Position numbers and translations under genes: made by a program
Assembly: GCA_963739435.1 (NCBI GenBank)
Contig: CAVUAN010000016.1
Span: 129,309 to 193,308, forward strand
DNA: 64,000 nt
Direction of reading: 5' to 3'
Source: an uncultured Acidobacteriota bacterium
Lineage (GTDB): Bacteria; Acidobacteriota; Thermoanaerobaculia; UBA5066; Gp7-AA6
Shown here: positions 63,067 to 64,000 of the stretch, piece after piece
Layout: each line of letters starts with the position of its first letter
Position numbering within the stretch: the stretch's first letter is position 1
Notes under the pieces: generated by a model
What the model saw: the letters and a program-made list of their open reading frames with translations, nothing else
What the model was told of the DNA's origin: nothing
Databases searched by the model: none

Positions 63067-63600
63067 TCACCCGGAGATTCCCGTCTGGCCTTCGCCTTTC
63101 CGGAAGAAGAGGGCGAAGAGCTTCTTTCCTCCGAGCATCCGATCGACCTCACCGAAGGCGAAGAACGGGATGAAGGCGACGAACATGACCAGGGTCTTCC
63201 CCAGAATCTCGTAGAGACCCTGGCCCAGGAGGTCCTCGATCCCCCCCGCGAGACCCTTCCCGTGCACGAGCCCCTCGATGACGTGCTCGAGAATTCCGAA
63301 AATCCCCACTAGGACGCCGTAGAGGATGGACAGGCGCAGCACAGAGAGAGCCAGCGTTTTGCCGGTCGTCTTCTTGCCGATCCCGATCGCCTTGCCTATC
63401 AGGATGACCTTGGCGATCACGAGCGCCTCGACGAGCGCAAAACCGTAGCGAAAGGTGCTGACGCCCAGCTCGCGCGAGATGAGTCTGCGGTAGGTCGCGA
63501 ACGCAACGAAGAATGCCGCGAGGTAGGCCGTAATGATCAGCAACAGCCGGCCCTCTTCGGCCGCCTTCTCCTTGAGCTCTGCCTTCCTGTCGGTGGTCAC
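63067..63600 (-). CDS. Integral membrane protein, unknown function
   Basis: 177 aa with four predicted helices and a charged N-terminus (MTTDRKAELKEKAAEEGR). Confidence 0.45.
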   Translation of the reverse strand: MTTDRKAELKEKAAEEGRLLLIITAYLAAFFVAFATYRRLISRELGVSTFRYGFALVEALVIAKVILIGKAIGIGKKTTGKTLALSVLRLSILYGVLVGIFGILEHVIEGLVHGKGLAGGIEDLLGQGLYEILGKTLVMFVAFIPFFAFGEVDRMLGGKKLFALFFRKGEGQTGISG

Positions 63601-63631
63601 GTCCCCACCTCCTTCTGAGCCCGGTCTCGGC

Positions 63632-64000
63632 TCATTCGAAGAGCGTCCCCTTGATGATCTTGGGCAGAACGGGCGTCAGCTGAACCTGGATGTTCCAGCG
63701 CTGACCCACGGGGGTCGGCTGCGTCACCATGTACTGGGCCGCGAGCGAAATCTTCACGGGGAGCCGTCCGAACTTGACGACCTTGCCCGCCCCGAGGCCG
63801 ATCGGAACGGTCCAGCGGTTGTTGTTGGGCGCCTCCCAATTGGCGGTGATGTTGCCCGAGTAGCCGACGTTCCAGCCGCCGTCGAAGAAGAGGCTCGCGA
63901 TCGGCTGGATGTTCATCTGGTTCGTGTTCGGTCGGCTCGGGTCGCCGGCATACGACCACCACTGCTGGGGAAACACGCCGACGATGTACTTCTTGGTCAG
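63632..64000 (-). CDS. Outer-membrane transport barrel (MetA/phenol-degradation-pathway-like), 3' part only
   Basis: The C-terminal ~120 aa are visible (...IASLFFDGGWNVGYSGNITANWEAPNNNRWTVPIGLGAGKVVKFGRLPVKISLAAQYMV...KGTLFE). The reading frame stays open to the window end. Confidence 0.55.
   Translation of the reverse strand: MTKKYIVGVFPQQWWSYAGDPSRPNTNQMNIQPIASLFFDGGWNVGYSGNITANWEAPNNNRWTVPIGLGAGKVVKFGRLPVKISLAAQYMVTQPTPVGQRWNIQVQLTPVLPKIIKGTLFE

Overview
GC-rich (by eye about two-thirds G+C), densely coded chromosomal segment of a diderm bacterium. I saw no rRNA, tRNA, CRISPR array, transposase or integrase.

Gene map:
- 1-2.4 kb: a truncated outer-membrane (OM) barrel gene, then a secreted two-domain protein plus HdeD pair. 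This pair recurs as a diverged ~1.4 kb direct repeat at 25.6-27.1 kb.
- 2.5-12.6 kb: oxidative pentose-phosphate operon (ROK kinase, gnd, zwf, pgl, rpiB, tkt, aldose epimerase) ending in a multiply frame-shifted GH63-like glucosidase.
- 12.6-18.3 kb: three-gene cytoplasmic molybdopterin oxidoreductase cluster (catalytic subunit, 4-cluster ferredoxin, 994-aa GltD/YgfK-like NAD(P)H flavoprotein), then a decayed ZIP transporter.
- 18.8-25.7 kb, minus strand: AI-2E transporter, AsmA-like giant envelope protein and a PLD-superfamily lipoprotein.
- 27-36 kb: DUF1269, a second PLD, CorA, a lipoprotein, a CPA1 antiporter, a TAXI-like receptor, PPK2 and a SulP/STAS permease.
- 36.1-42.4 kb: two diverged DUF3300-DUF2950 pairs around a Ca2+/H+ antiporter, plus a secreted two-repeat protein.
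- 42.4-54.5 kb, minus strand: a translationally coupled cluster of porin, aspA, DASS carrier, AAE (AspT/SucE-type) carrier, periplasmic asparaginase, b558-type sdh/frdCAB and a second paralogous porin.
- 54.6-58.3 kb: cydAB, a VIT-family gene and a small OM barrel.
- 58.4-59.1 kb: PIN/Phd toxin-antitoxin pair.
- 59.2-64 kb: OprO/P-type porin, arylsulfatase and more OM barrels.

Caveat: at least ~25 single-base frame disruptions interrupt otherwise well-conserved genes. Several sit in homopolymer runs, and they are densest at 42.3-49.1 kb. As given these genes are pseudogenes, but consensus indel error in the assembly is an equally good or better explanation.

Most interesting leads: the duplicated DUF3300/DUF2950 module, the NAD(P)H-linked cytoplasmic Mo enzyme, the consolidated Asn/Asp-to-fumarate respiration cluster with dedicated porins, and the 1.4 kb repeat that donates an SD, start codon and 12 codons to the AI-2E gene.
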